55,743 nt of DNA from Patescibacteria group bacterium (GTDB taxonomy: Bacteria; Patescibacteriota; Minisyncoccia; Phycocordibacterales; UBA9973). Of the stretch, positions 40,013 to 50,453 are shown piece after piece. The position numbers and the translations under genes are program-made. How positions within the stretch are numbered: position 1 is the stretch's first letter; each line of letters starts with the position of its first letter. The DNA lies in contig JAZKJK010000017.1 in NCBI GenBank assembly GCA_040384365.1, forward strand, positions 1 to 55,743, read 5' to 3'. The notes beneath the pieces were generated by a model that did not search any database, was not told where the DNA came from, and worked only from the letters and a program-made list of their open reading frames with translations.

Positions 40013-40978
40013 TTATACAGCGATGGGTGCCTTGATGCCCTCGTGTGGATTATAATCAACCAATTCAAAGTCCTCGATTGTAAAATCTTCCATTTTAGTT
40101 TTGTTAGGATTTATTTTCATTTTTGGCATAGGGCGGATGTCACCACGTCGGGAGAGTTGCAAGCTTGCTTGTTCTAAATGATTTAAATATAGATGCACAT
40201 CACCACCGGTCCAGACGAATTCTCCAGCTTTCAATCCGCAGATCTGGGCGATGATCATTGTGAATATTGAATAAGAGGCAATGTTGAAAGGAACTCCGAG
40301 GAATGTGTCGCACGAGCGCTGATACAGCTGACAGGAAAGCTTGCCATCTACTACATAAAATTGGAAGAAACAATGGCAAGGGGGAAGCCCCGCTTTTGCC
40401 ATCTCATCTATGTCGGCGACATTCCAAGCAGAGACTATCAACCGGCGAGAGTCTGGATTTTTTTTGATTTCTTCTATCACTTTCGCGAGTTGGTCTATAT
40501 GGGCTCCATTTGGCGCGGGCCAGCTTCGCCATTGATATCCATAGATGGGACCCAAGTTTCCATAATCTTTTGCAAACTTCTCATCCGTTTTTATTTTTTC
40601 TATAAATTCTTTTATGCCATTATTCCATTCCTCACTGCCTGTTTTTGGAACATTCATTTTATTTCTGATGAGATATGCCTTGTATGGCCACTCGTCCCAG
40701 ATGTGCACATTGTTGTCTGCTAAATATTTTAAATTTGTGTCACCTCGCATGAACCATAACAATTCGTGGATGATGGATTTGATTGGCACTTTCTTGGTGG
40801 TGAGAAGAGGGAAGCCGTCGCTCAAGTTAAATCGCATTTGATATCCGAGCAGGCTTTTTGTACCTGTACCCGTGCGGTCAGTCTTCGTCACACCATTTTT
40901 CATTATGTGCTCTAGGAGATCTAAATAAGATTCGTCTACATGTTTGCCCAAAAGTTTATTCTGAAGTTTACTCTGCAT
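40013..40978 (-). CDS. thyA: thymidylate synthase (ThyA type)
   Basis: [17 protein letters not shown], and a C-terminal ...APIAV. Confidence 0.9.
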   Translation of the reverse strand: MQSKLQNKLLGKHVDESYLDLLEHIMKNGVTKTDRTGTGTKSLLGYQMRFNLSDGFPLLTTKKVPIKSIIHELLWFMRGDTNLKYLADNNVHIWDEWPYKAYLIRNKMNVPKTGSEEWNNGIKEFIEKIKTDEKFAKDYGNLGPIYGYQWRSWPAPNGAHIDQLAKVIEEIKKNPDSRRLIVSAWNVADIDEMAKAGLPPCHCFFQFYVVDGKLSCQLYQRSCDTFLGVPFNIASYSIFTMIIAQICGLKAGEFVWTGGDVHLYLNHLEQASLQLSRRGDIRPMPKMKINPNKTKMEDFTIEDFELVDYNPHEGIKAPIAV

Positions 40979-41087
40979 ATTTCTAGTATAGCTTTTTTAT
41001 TTATATTAATGAAAGATTGACAAACTAATAGCAAAATGCTATACTTGTTATATCATTCTCTGTATTATATATTGGGAGTGACCCAAT

Positions 41088-42368
41088 ATGTACAAATCTA
41101 ATTCTACATCTCCGAAGAAATTCGGAGGTCATACTTCTACTTATAAAGCGAAACCTCGTTTTAGTAGCGGAACAAAAAAATTCAACAATAACTCTCGCCC
41201 TAGTACTTTCAAAAGAAGTGGCGGAGGTGGAAGAGGTAAAAGATTCGGTGGAGAACGAATAGATTTTTCTCGTTTCATTAAGAAAGCTATTCATCTAGAA
41301 GAGAAGCCGTATGTTTCAAAACATACTTTTGCTGATTTTCCTTTCAATCCACAACTGCATAAAAATATTAAAGGCGCAGGATATGTAAGTCCTCGTCCGA
41401 TTCAAGATCAATCCATCCCGACCGTTCTCTCCGGCCGTGATGTTTTCGGTATGGCAAATACAGGCACCGGCAAGACAGCGGCATTTCTTTTGCCGTTGAT
41501 TGAAAAAATTTCTAAAACTAAAGGTCTAGCAAAAAGAGAAACAGTCCTAATAATGGCGCCGACTCGCGAGCTTGCGCTCCAGATAGAAAGTGATTTCAAA
41601 GTGCTTTCTTTTGGGTTGGGGATGTTTTCTGTAGGTTGTGTTGGTGGCTTGCCGATAGGAAAGCAAATCAGAGAAATAAAGCTCGGAGTTTCCTTTGTCA
41701 TCGGTACACCTGGGCGTTTGCGTGACTTGATTGATCAAAAAGTTTTAGATCTTTCCACTTGTCACTCTGTAGTCCTAGACGAGGCTGACAGGATGCTCGA
41801 CATGGGATTCCGCGACGATATGGTTTTCATCATCGGCAAGACCCACAAAGAACGCCAGACTCTTTTCTTCTCGGCGACTCTGTCTCCAGAAATCAGAAAG
41901 ATGACGGAACAATATCTTAAAGACCCAGTTTTTATTTCTGTTATCTCTGGCGAGACAGCAAAAAATATTGACCAAGATGTAGTCCGGTTTAAAACTAGAG
42001 ATGAAAAATTAGCAAAACTACACGAAGTATTAAAAAAAGATGGTTCTGATAAAGTGCTCATTTTCCGTGAGATGAAGCACAGCGTGGATACTCTGGAAAA
42101 AGAATTGCGCGCATTTGGATTTAAATCTGGTGGTATTCATGGCGACAAGAGAAGCCGTGAGCGTATCCGAATTCTTGATTCTTTCAAACATGACAAAATA
42201 AATATACTAATAGCGACAGATGTGGCTGCTAGGGGGCTAGATATTCCAGATGTAACCCACGTAATAAACTACGACGTACCGCAAACCTACGATACCTATG
42301 TTCACCGCATCGGCCGAACCGGTCGCGCAGGCAAAAAGGGCACAGCGCTGACTTTTGTGCCAGCGTAA
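41088..42368 (+). CDS. DEAD-box ATP-dependent RNA helicase with a basic N-terminal tail
   Basis: Q-motif region, ANTGTGKTAAF, VLDEADRMLDMGF, SAT, and HRIGRTGRAG. Confidence 0.9.
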   Translation: MYKSNSTSPKKFGGHTSTYKAKPRFSSGTKKFNNNSRPSTFKRSGGGGRGKRFGGERIDFSRFIKKAIHLEEKPYVSKHTFADFPFNPQLHKNIKGAGYVSPRPIQDQSIPTVLSGRDVFGMANTGTGKTAAFLLPLIEKISKTKGLAKRETVLIMAPTRELALQIESDFKVLSFGLGMFSVGCVGGLPIGKQIREIKLGVSFVIGTPGRLRDLIDQKVLDLSTCHSVVLDEADRMLDMGFRDDMVFIIGKTHKERQTLFFSATLSPEIRKMTEQYLKDPVFISVISGETAKNIDQDVVRFKTRDEKLAKLHEVLKKDGSDKVLIFREMKHSVDTLEKELRAFGFKSGGIHGDKRSRERIRILDSFKHDKINILIATDVAARGLDIPDVTHVINYDVPQTYDTYVHRIGRTGRAGKKGTALTFVPA

Positions 42369-42395
42369 ATTTCTGGGTTATTGTATAATTAAATA

Positions 42396-43076
42396 ATGTT
42401 CTCTAATTTAGAGTACGCATACATTACAGGGGACCTGCTTTTGTTTTGTATCTGGATACTATTTTTTATTGCGCGTAAAGATTTACGAAAAGAAATGTTA
42501 CTCATTTCGATTTTTTCGGTGCCTCTGGGTTTTGCCCAATATTTTTTTGGTGCTGACTATTGGCATCCGGAATATATCTTTGGCCACAGTTTTTTTGGTT
42601 TTGAAGATTTGTTCTATATGTTTGCTGTAGGCGGCATCACTGGGGTTATATACGAGGAATTCTTTGGTAAAAAGTTGGCAAAGCATCGGGTAAAAAGCCA
42701 TCCGTACTTCATGCTTTTGTTTTTTGTATTAGGAGTTCTATGTTTCTTTATTGGTAACAAAGTTTTAAATTTCAACTCTATTTATGTTTCCTCAGCTATC
42801 TTTCTAGGTTGCGGTATCGTGACTCTGACTATTCGCCACGATCTCTTTAAACACGCTTTCTATAGTGCAACTTTCTTAGCGTTTCTTACATTAGTTTTTG
42901 ATATTTTATTTCTGTTTCTTTTTCCGAATTTTTTCAAAGATTGGTGGGAACTCGGCAATCTTTCAGGAATTTTCTTAATTGGCGTTCCCATTGAAGAAAT
43001 ACTCTTTGCCTTCATGCTGGGTTTTATAGCAGGTCCGATGTATGAGTTTGTATTCGGTTTGAGACTAAAAAACTAA
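42396..43076 (+). CDS. lycopene-cyclase-domain membrane protein (second copy in the window)
   Basis: Polytopic, with FGFEDLFYMFAVGG and GVPIEEILFAFMLGF motifs. Confidence 0.5.
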   Translation: MFSNLEYAYITGDLLLFCIWILFFIARKDLRKEMLLISIFSVPLGFAQYFFGADYWHPEYIFGHSFFGFEDLFYMFAVGGITGVIYEEFFGKKLAKHRVKSHPYFMLLFFVLGVLCFFIGNKVLNFNSIYVSSAIFLGCGIVTLTIRHDLFKHAFYSATFLAFLTLVFDILFLFLFPNFFKDWWELGNLSGIFLIGVPIEEILFAFMLGFIAGPMYEFVFGLRLKN

Positions 43077-43318
43077 GCTTTGATCAATCCAGCTTTTAGG
43101 AGAGTGACATAAGCGCCATTCTTCTTCATAGTACGTATACCCTTAGTAGATATTTCGATATTTAAGAATTTGTTTATTTCCGGCACGAAAATTCTCTTCT
43201 TTTGAAGGTTTATGTTCTTTCTGACTTTGCCAGTTGGGTTAAACTTGGTGGCACGAGTTCTATTTGAGTATCCGCCGCCCATGATTGAGCCCTTTTTAGT
43301 TATTGCACATATTTTCAT
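43073..43318 (-). CDS. rpmB: 50S ribosomal protein L28
   Basis: MKICAITKKGSIMGGGYSNRTRATKF.P..... L28 pattern, 81 aa. Confidence 0.8.
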   Translation of the reverse strand: MKICAITKKGSIMGGGYSNRTRATKFNPTGKVRKNINLQKKRIFVPEINKFLNIEISTKGIRTMKKNGAYVTLLKAGLIKA

Positions 43319-43343
43319 ATTGGTTACAAAATGTTATCATAAA

Positions 43344-43970
43344 ATGCAAATGGATGCAACCAATGGGATTTTCTACATTTTAATACTAGTGATGTCTATC
43401 GTCATCCACGAAGTCTCGCACGGTTTCATGGCCGAGTATTTCGGCGACAAGACGGCGCGCTTTGCGGGGCGACTGACTTTGAATCCTCTGAAACATTTAG
43501 ATCTTTTTGGCTCTATTCTTTTGCCAGCGGTTCTCGTCGTATCCCAATCTCCCTTTTTGTTTGGTTGGGCGAAGCCAGTGCCATATAATCCAGATAATTT
43601 AACTGACAAGAAGTGGGGGACCATCGCTGTGGCCAGTGCTGGAGTGCTCGCAAACTTTGCCATCGCTATTATTTTCGGGATTATCATTCGTCTCTCTGCC
43701 GGACTGTCCTTGCCTGACGGTTTTTATTTTATAACTTCTATCATTGTCCTAGTAAACCTTGCTTTGGGAATATTTAACCTCGTTCCGATACCGCCACTCG
43801 ACGGTTCCAAGATACTTTTTTCTTTTTTACCTCCTCGAGCTGCTTCTTTTATCATGGCTTATGAGCAACACTCACTGATTTTATTACTTGTCTTTATCGT
43901 GTTTTTCTCCGACTATTTAGCGCCAATATTAAGTTTTCTTTTTCATCTTCTGACAGGTCTTGCATTTTAG
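43344..43970 (+). CDS. site-2 protease family (peptidase M50) membrane metalloprotease
   Basis: HEVSHGFMAEYFGD (HExxH) and NLVPIPPLDGSKI. Start moved to ATG 43344 to remove the overlap with rpmB. Confidence 0.8.
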   Translation: MQMDATNGIFYILILVMSIVIHEVSHGFMAEYFGDKTARFAGRLTLNPLKHLDLFGSILLPAVLVVSQSPFLFGWAKPVPYNPDNLTDKKWGTIAVASAGVLANFAIAIIFGIIIRLSAGLSLPDGFYFITSIIVLVNLALGIFNLVPIPPLDGSKILFSFLPPRAASFIMAYEQHSLILLLVFIVFFSDYLAPILSFLFHLLTGLAF

Positions 43971-44035
43971 TTCTTAAAATAGTATATTGTCGGCATAGTC
44001 CTAAGGGGCTATTTTGTTTCTAAAGATAACCACAG

Positions 44036-44461
44036 ATGCCAACAATCAACCAATTAATTAGAAAAAACAGGTTCAAAGCTCATCCGAAAGACAAGACGGT
44101 GGCTTTGACACGCGGATTCAATGTTCTAAAAAACAGACCAGTGTTTTTCTCTTCACCTTTCAAACGCGGAGTCTGCACGAAAGTTTCTACCACGACTCCA
44201 AAGAAACCGAACTCTGCTCTCCGCAAGATCGCTCGCGTTCGTTTGACCAACGGTATGGAAGTCACCGCTTATATCCCAGGTGAAGGACACAATCTACAAG
44301 AACACTCTGTGGTCATGATCCGCGGAGGACGCGTGAAAGACTTGATCGGAGTGCGATATCACATCGTGCGTGGAGTGCTAGATACACAAGGAGTAGAAAA
44401 GAGACGACAAGGACGATCACTCTACGGAAATAAGAAGCCGAAAGAAGCTAAAGCGAAATAA
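44036..44461 (+). CDS. rpsL: 30S ribosomal protein S12
   Basis: [10 protein letters not shown]...[34 protein letters not shown]. Confidence 0.95.
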   Translation: MPTINQLIRKNRFKAHPKDKTVALTRGFNVLKNRPVFFSSPFKRGVCTKVSTTTPKKPNSALRKIARVRLTNGMEVTAYIPGEGHNLQEHSVVMIRGGRVKDLIGVRYHIVRGVLDTQGVEKRRQGRSLYGNKKPKEAKAK

Positions 44462-44467
44462 AAATTT

Positions 44468-44938
44468 ATGCGAAGAAAAGTAAAAAACAGAAATATAGTA
44501 CAGCCAGACTTCATCTACAATTCTACAAAATTGGAGAAGTTTATTAATTACATCATGTGGTCTGGGAAGAAGGAGACTGCGCGCAAAGTAATGTATGCGA
44601 CTTTTGATGTGATTAAAGAAAAGACCGGCAACCCAAATCCATTGGAAATTTTTGACTTAGCGATGAAGAACGCTGGTCCGAGTACCGAAGTTCGTTCAAA
44701 GCGTATCGGAGGTGCGAACTATCAGATTCCTATCGAAGTTCGACCAGAAAGAAAACATGCTCTCGCTATGCGTTGGATTCGTGATGCGGCACGCGGTGGC
44801 AAAGGTAAGCCCATGCATCTAAAACTCGCAGATGAATTAATCGCTGCTTCAAAGAACGAAGGCTCTGCTATCAAAAAGAAAGAAGATACTCACAAAATGG
44901 CTGAAGCAAACAAAGCTTTTGCTCACTTTGCTTGGTAG
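44468..44938 (+). CDS. rpsG: 30S ribosomal protein S7
   Basis: ...GKKETARKV.Y..F......TG..P...F..A..N..P..EV.S.R.GGANYQIP.EV. Confidence 0.95.
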   Translation: MRRKVKNRNIVQPDFIYNSTKLEKFINYIMWSGKKETARKVMYATFDVIKEKTGNPNPLEIFDLAMKNAGPSTEVRSKRIGGANYQIPIEVRPERKHALAMRWIRDAARGGKGKPMHLKLADELIAASKNEGSAIKKKEDTHKMAEANKAFAHFAW

Positions 44939-44968
44939 TAGTTTTTATTGATTACTAAATTTATATTT

Positions 44969-44998
44969 TACATATATGCGCGATAGCGTAAATATGTA
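44969..44998. repeat. left 30-bp terminal inverted repeat
   Basis: TACATATATGCGCGATAGCGTAAATATGTA is the exact reverse complement of 45405..45434. Confidence 0.9.
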
Positions 44999-45018
44999 AT
45001 TTGAGGTATGATTAGCGG

Positions 45019-45393
45019 ATGGCTTACTATAAAGGAATGCGAGTAAATGCTCTTGGCTTGCCGGTTTTGGGAGACAATAAAAGAACTCGAATTAAGAAAG
45101 AGAACAGAAAAAGAAATTTTTACTATACTGCGTTTGCTTCTCCATTTGATAAAGAGTCCCCAAAGGATTTGATTGTTATGTATGATGTCATTGAAGAAAA
45201 AAAGAAGGAAAGGGATTGGTTTCGTCGCCAGTTGATAAGTTTCGGGTATGTCATGATTCAGAGAAGTGTATGGGTTGGTCCCTCGCCTTTGCCACAGGAA
45301 TTTAAAGATTATGTAAAAGTTCTTGGATTGCATGATCACTTGAAAACTTTCAAACTCGCTAAATCATATACTGACAAAGGTAGCAATTTCTAA
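45019..45393 (+). CDS. stand-alone Cas2-fold / PaaX-central-domain-like small protein
   Basis: ...DLIVMYDVIEEKKKERDWFRRQLISFGYVMIQRSVWVGP... matches the v.YDi....k.R......L...Gf...Q.SVW..P pattern of Cas2-like domains in PaaX-like CPR proteins. Confidence 0.45.
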   Translation: MAYYKGMRVNALGLPVLGDNKRTRIKKENRKRNFYYTAFASPFDKESPKDLIVMYDVIEEKKKERDWFRRQLISFGYVMIQRSVWVGPSPLPQEFKDYVKVLGLHDHLKTFKLAKSYTDKGSNF

Positions 45394-45404
45394 AATTACC
45401 TTTA

Positions 45405-45434
45405 TACATATTTACGCTATCGCGCATATATGTA
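45405..45434. repeat. right 30-bp terminal inverted repeat
   Basis: TACATATTTACGCTATCGCGCATATATGTA. Confidence 0.9.
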
Positions 45435-45459
45435 TTTGGGTTACAAATTTTTTTTAACC

Positions 45460-45487
45460 TTGCTTCATAAAGTTTAGGTGGTATAAT
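45460..45487 (+). promoter_or_regulatory. promoter with an extended -10 box, directly upstream of the 77-aa ORF
   Basis: TTGCTT (45460..45465), 16 nt, TGgTATAAT (45479..45487). The ATG at 45496 is only 8 nt downstream and has no SD. Confidence 0.5.
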
Positions 45488-45495
45488 AAGTACCT

Positions 45496-45729
45496 ATGAA
45501 TAAAGAAAAAATGGATTTTGACCCTAGACCCTTTCCTCAAGGAGGAAGACCTCCAGAATTTTTAAAAACTGGAGATAAAGTCAAAAGAGTGGCGGCTAAT
45601 GGTAAAACAATTCAAATAGAAGGGACGATTTTAGAAGTCAAAGGTCTTGAACTTTTAGTCAGATGGGATACTGCAGAATTAAAAGATCATCCCGAATGGA
45701 TTAATACTGGTTTAGTTAGAAAACAATAG
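45496..45729 (+). CDS. hypothetical small protein, 77 aa
   Basis: ORF with its own promoter-like element. A short hairpin plus T-run follows at about 45809..45830. Confidence 0.45.
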   Translation: MNKEKMDFDPRPFPQGGRPPEFLKTGDKVKRVAANGKTIQIEGTILEVKGLELLVRWDTAELKDHPEWINTGLVRKQ

Positions 45730-45844
45730 TTGTTTTGGTATTACATTCAGAAATGTTTGGAAAAGTTTTCATTTGCAAAAAGCATCTTTATAATATATAG
45801 TGTCCCTAGCGCATGAGGCGCTTTTTTATTACTTAATTAATCAT

Positions 45845-47995
45845 ATGGAACGAGACTATCCTCTAGAAAAAGTTAGAAATTTTGGAATTATCGCCCACAT
45901 TGATGCGGGCAAGACCACGACCACCGAGCGTGTGCTTTTTTATACTGGCACGAAACACAAAATAGGGGAGGTACATGAAGGTGAGACGACGACAGACTGG
46001 ATGGAGCAAGAGCGCGAACGTGGAATTACGATTACTTCTGCGGCGGTTACTTGTTTCTGGATTCCGACATACGCTCCGACCGATAAAACGAAGAAACATC
46101 GTTTTAATATTATTGATACCCCAGGGCACATAGACTTTACCGTAGAAGTGAAGCGTTCGCTACGCGTGCTCGACGGCGCAGTCGTTGTCTTTGACGGGGT
46201 GGCGGGAGTAGAACCTCAATCTGAAACCAACTGGAGATATGCAGATGAAGCCAAAGTGCCTCGTATTTGTTTTATAAATAAACTAGACCGCACTGGCGCT
46301 TCTTTTGAACATTCATTTGCGACAATTTTAGACAGACTTAGTAAAAAAGCTGTTCGGGTGCAAATACCTATCGGCCTAGAAGATAAATTTGAAGGAGTCA
46401 TCGACTTGCTGCGCATGAAAGCTTTTTATTTCGAAGGAGATATGGGTAATCAGATCATTGAAAAAGAAATTCCAGAAAATCTAAAAGCAGATGCAGAAAA
46501 ATATCATTCTGAACTTGTGGAAAAAATAGTTGAGACAGACGACAAGATGATGACAGAATATTTGGAAGGGATGATTCCTGGTTATGATGTTCTAAAGAAG
46601 ACTCTCCGCAAAGCTGTCATCGCAAATGCGATTTTCCCAGTCTTTGCGGGTTCTGCTCTAAAGAATAAAGGTGTTCAGCTTATTCTCGACGCCGTTATAG
46701 ATTACTTGCCAGCTCCGACAGACATCGCCGCTATTTCTGGTATTGATCCAAACGATGATGATAAGATTATTACCAGAAGTGCATCAGATGCAGAGCCTTT
46801 CTCCGCACTCGCTTTCAAAGTCGCGACTGATCCATTCGTCGGACAAATTATTTTCTTCCGTGTATATTCAGGAAGTCTCACGGCTGGTAGTTATATTTAC
46901 AATCCACGCACTCGTAACAAAGAACGCATCGGCCGAATCCTACGAATGCATGCGAACGACCGCGAAGAAGTCAAGCAAGTTTTTGCTGGAGAAATTGCCG
47001 CCGCTGTCGGCCTCAAAGACACTATCACTTCCGACACTATCTGCGATGAAGAGAAACCAATTATTCTAGACAGAATTGTTTTCCCCGAACCAGTTATCTC
47101 TCTACGGATCGAGCCTAAGACCAAAGCTGACCAAGAAAAAATGGGCATGGCCTTGAATAGACTTGCGCAAGAAGACCCAACTTTTAAAGTCTCAACCGAC
47201 CAAGAAACAGGTGAGACTATCATCGCCGGCATGGGAGAACTGCATTTGGAAATCATTGTAGACAGAATGAAGCGCGAATTTACTGTGGAGGCAAATGTCG
47301 GCAAGCCACAGGTGGCGTATCGAGAGACTATCAATGGTAAAGCAGAAGCTGAAGGCAAATATATCAAGCAATCAGGCGGACGCGGAAACTACGGACATGT
47401 TAAAATCAACGTTAAACCGATGGAAGTGTTGACCAAGGAAGAGCTCGAAGATTTACCTAAAAATACAAAGAGATCAGTTGGTTTTGAATTCATAAACTCC
47501 ATTAAAGGAGGAGTAATTCCACAGGAATATATCGCGCCTTGTGAAAAGGGATTCAAAGAAGGCTTGGACCGCGGAATTTTAGCTGGATTTAAAATGGTCA
47601 ATGTCTCAGTAGAACTTTGGGATGGAAGTTATCACGAAGTTGACTCAAATGAAATGGCTTTCAAAATCGCTGCTAGTATGGCCGTGCAGGATGCTTGTAA
47701 GCGAGCGAACCCTGTTATTCTAGAACCTATGATGAAAGTCGAAGTCGTCACTCCAGACAAATTCATGGGAGACGTCACCGGAAACCTCTCTTCAAAGCGA
47801 GCTCTAATCGAAGGTATGGAAGATCGGGGAATGAATAAAGTCATCAAAGCTATCGTGCCTCTCTCTGAAATGTTTGGATACATGACAGGTCTGCGTTCAA
47901 TGACCGAAGGCCGTGCATCATTCACTATGGAATTCTTCCGCTACGACATCGTGCCAAACAATGTTGCGGAAACTATTATTGCAGCGAGAAAATAG
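45845..47995 (+). CDS. fusA: elongation factor G
   Basis: [44 protein letters not shown], and NKLDR. Start at the internal ATG 45845. Confidence 0.95.
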   Translation: MERDYPLEKVRNFGIIAHIDAGKTTTTERVLFYTGTKHKIGEVHEGETTTDWMEQERERGITITSAAVTCFWIPTYAPTDKTKKHRFNIIDTPGHIDFTVEVKRSLRVLDGAVVVFDGVAGVEPQSETNWRYADEAKVPRICFINKLDRTGASFEHSFATILDRLSKKAVRVQIPIGLEDKFEGVIDLLRMKAFYFEGDMGNQIIEKEIPENLKADAEKYHSELVEKIVETDDKMMTEYLEGMIPGYDVLKKTLRKAVIANAIFPVFAGSALKNKGVQLILDAVIDYLPAPTDIAAISGIDPNDDDKIITRSASDAEPFSALAFKVATDPFVGQIIFFRVYSGSLTAGSYIYNPRTRNKERIGRILRMHANDREEVKQVFAGEIAAAVGLKDTITSDTICDEEKPIILDRIVFPEPVISLRIEPKTKADQEKMGMALNRLAQEDPTFKVSTDQETGETIIAGMGELHLEIIVDRMKREFTVEANVGKPQVAYRETINGKAEAEGKYIKQSGGRGNYGHVKINVKPMEVLTKEELEDLPKNTKRSVGFEFINSIKGGVIPQEYIAPCEKGFKEGLDRGILAGFKMVNVSVELWDGSYHEVDSNEMAFKIAASMAVQDACKRANPVILEPMMKVEVVTPDKFMGDVTGNLSSKRALIEGMEDRGMNKVIKAIVPLSEMFGYMTGLRSMTEGRASFTMEFFRYDIVPNNVAETIIAARK

Positions 47996-48035
47996 TTTCT
48001 GTTGCAAATTACATATTTAAGAGTAAACTTAATTT

Positions 48036-48755
48036 ATGAAATGTAAATCAATTTTTGTTGCTATTTTGTTGTTGGGGTTGGTCACTGTCGTATCAGCTGA
48101 AACTTCAAGTGACTACGGTGGTTCGCGGTCCATTCGTTTAAGAGAAGGATGGAATCTAGCTACTATATACGCTATACCCATTGAAGACATTTTTAAAAAA
48201 GCAGAATATCCGGAGAGTAGCGCAGCGGTAGATCTCTACTCAGGCATTGGGGCAATTTTCTTTTATGATCGTTATAATTCTGAATACATCAGAATGTATC
48301 CTGAACCAGAAAGCGTAAAAATCAGTCAGTTGCTCAAAAATGTCGGAGACCCTGAGAAAGGTGGTGATACAGGAGAGTATGGGGCTGTTGTTAATTCGTC
48401 AGTTTGGATTTATTCAGAAAAAGACCAGACATTAAATTATAATGCAGTTGATGGACCCCTCCAACATAAATATGTGAATATTCAATCTGGTTGGAACTTT
48501 CTTTCTGTGACTCCAGAATATATTGGAAAGACCTTAAATCAATTAAAAGGTTCATGTAATTTCATGAAAATATATAGCTATAGCCGTGATGGAGGAAGAT
48601 CTAGCTGGGTTGATATGTTGAATGATACTAACTTCTTTAACAATGAAAAGTTTGATGAATCTTCAGTTGGTGCCGGGTTTGTCATTAAAGTTACTAATAG
48701 TTGTAAAATGGGAACAACTGCTTCAGTACCCACGGTTCCTTCTTTTCCTAATTAA
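48036..48755 (+). CDS. secreted hypothetical protein
   Basis: Signal peptide MKCKSIFVAILLLGLVTVVSA. 239 aa. Confidence 0.6.
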   Translation: MKCKSIFVAILLLGLVTVVSAETSSDYGGSRSIRLREGWNLATIYAIPIEDIFKKAEYPESSAAVDLYSGIGAIFFYDRYNSEYIRMYPEPESVKISQLLKNVGDPEKGGDTGEYGAVVNSSVWIYSEKDQTLNYNAVDGPLQHKYVNIQSGWNFLSVTPEYIGKTLNQLKGSCNFMKIYSYSRDGGRSSWVDMLNDTNFFNNEKFDESSVGAGFVIKVTNSCKMGTTASVPTVPSFPN

Positions 48756-48760
48756 AAACC

Positions 48761-48904
48761 ATGAATAAATTAATTTGGATTTTTTTAATAGGTCTAATAA
48801 TTGCAGGAGCTTATTTTTTTGTCACAAAAGATAATAGTAATTCAGATAAAACTTCTTCTAGTGACGCAAACGAAATACCCCAACCTCCTAAATTACCAGA
48901 ATAG
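48761..48904 (+). CDS. possible 47-aa single-TM peptide
   Basis: Own translation: MNKLIWIFLIGLIIAGAYFFVTKDNSNSDKTSSSDANEIPQPPKLPE. Shorter than the ORF-track cutoff. Confidence 0.35.
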   Translation: MNKLIWIFLIGLIIAGAYFFVTKDNSNSDKTSSSDANEIPQPPKLPE

Positions 48905-48957
48905 AAGTTCTCAAAAAAACTTAGGCTATTTTTTATTTTCTTATATTTTGCTAGTAT

Positions 48958-49602
48958 ATGAGCATGAATCAGTCCAACCAGGAGGTCATTGATATATTAC
49001 AAAAGACAGGCGCCGTCGTGGGCGACAGTCATTTTGTCGGTACTTCCGGCAAGCATATGGATGTTTATGTCAATAAAGACAACATATATCCGCACACGGC
49101 GCATATCTCTCGAATCGCGGAAATAATTGCAGAAAAATACAAAAACAGTTCAGTCGATATCGTGGTGGGTCCTTCGATGGGAGGCATAATACTTTCTCAA
49201 TGGGTAGCTCACCATCTTTCTCTCCTCAAAGGTAAAGAAATACTTAGTATCTACACAGAAAAACAACCGGACAAGGATCAGATCTTTACCAGAGGTTACG
49301 ATGTATATGTGCGGGGCAGAAATGTTTTGATTGTTGAAGATATCGTGACCACCGGCGGTTCACTCAAAAAAGTTATAAATAGCGTCCAACGGGAAGGGGG
49401 AAGAGTGATCGGTGTATGCGCGATAGTTAACAAAGACCCGGCAAACGTAAATGCAAGTTTTATCGGTGCACCGTTTGATTATTTGTCTACCGTCGGTGTG
49501 GCTGTGTATGATGCGGTAGATTGTTCTTTGTGCAAGAATAACGTACCGATCAATACTACGCTGGGGCATGGTAAGAAATATCTAGAAGCAAAACAAAAAT
49601 GA
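48958..49602 (+). CDS. pyrE: orotate phosphoribosyltransferase-like PRTase
   Basis: PRPP-binding loop VLIVEDIVTTGGSLKK. Adjacent to pyrF and pyrD. Confidence 0.7.
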   Translation: MSMNQSNQEVIDILQKTGAVVGDSHFVGTSGKHMDVYVNKDNIYPHTAHISRIAEIIAEKYKNSSVDIVVGPSMGGIILSQWVAHHLSLLKGKEILSIYTEKQPDKDQIFTRGYDVYVRGRNVLIVEDIVTTGGSLKKVINSVQREGGRVIGVCAIVNKDPANVNASFIGAPFDYLSTVGVAVYDAVDCSLCKNNVPINTTLGHGKKYLEAKQK

Positions 49603-49649
49603 TTGTTATCAAAATTGACGACCGTCCAAAAGTGATAACAAAAAATTAA

Positions 49650-50453
49650 ATGAATCCAATAGAAAAATATAATAAAAGAGCCAAGGAAATAAATTCACTT
49701 CTGTGTGTCGGGTTGGATGCAGATTTTGCAAAAATTCCCGAGCGATTTTTGAAATTAGAATTTCCCCAATTTGAATTTAATAAGTGGGTTATACAAGAAA
49801 CCCACGAATATACCGCTGCTTATAAACCAAACAGCGCTTTTTATGAAGCTCGTGGTGACCAAGGCATGAAAGAGTTGAAAATGACTATGGATTATTTGAT
49901 TAAAAATCATCCAGATATTTTTACGATTATGGATGCCAAGCGGGCGGACATTGGTAATACAAATAATGGGTATGTCGCATCTGTTTTTGATTGGCTAGGT
50001 TTTGATGCGGTGACACTGCATCCATATTTGGGGCAGGAGGCCTTGCAACCATTTTTAGACAGGAAAGATAAAACTTCTATTATTTTATGTAGGACCTCAA
50101 ACGAAGGGGCGGGAGAATTTCAAGATTTAGAGTCTGGTGGAAAAAAATTATGGCAAATTGTTGCCGAAAAAGTTTTTACGGATTGGAATAAAAATAAAAA
50201 TTGTATGCTAGTCGTCGGCGCGACGTATCCGGAAGAGATGAAAAAGATTCGTAGCCTTGTAGGGGATATGACTTTTCTCGTCCCCGGCGTAGGTGCGCAG
50301 GGGGGTAACGTGCCACATATAATTAAAGCAGGATTGAATAGTGAAGGTCTCGGACTCATCATAAATTCTTCTCGCGGCATTATTTTTTCCGAAAATCCAA
50401 GAGAAGAAGCTAGAAAACTTTGTGAGGAAATAAGGAAATATAAAAAAAGTTAA
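49650..50453 (+). CDS. pyrF: orotidine 5'-phosphate decarboxylase (long type 2 form)
   Basis: LCVGLDADF..., MDAKRADIGNT, and VPGVGAQGG. Confidence 0.8.
   Translation: MNPIEKYNKRAKEINSLLCVGLDADFAKIPERFLKLEFPQFEFNKWVIQETHEYTAAYKPNSAFYEARGDQGMKELKMTMDYLIKNHPDIFTIMDAKRADIGNTNNGYVASVFDWLGFDAVTLHPYLGQEALQPFLDRKDKTSIILCRTSNEGAGEFQDLESGGKKLWQIVAEKVFTDWNKNKNCMLVVGATYPEEMKKIRSLVGDMTFLVPGVGAQGGNVPHIIKAGLNSEGLGLIINSSRGIIFSENPREEARKLCEEIRKYKKS

Noticed and set aside
48801-48992. 63-aa ORF from the track.
   Set aside because: It overlaps the pyrE start and has an implausible composition. The alternative 47-aa frame (48761..48904), with a clean TM helix, is the more plausible small gene, though still low confidence.
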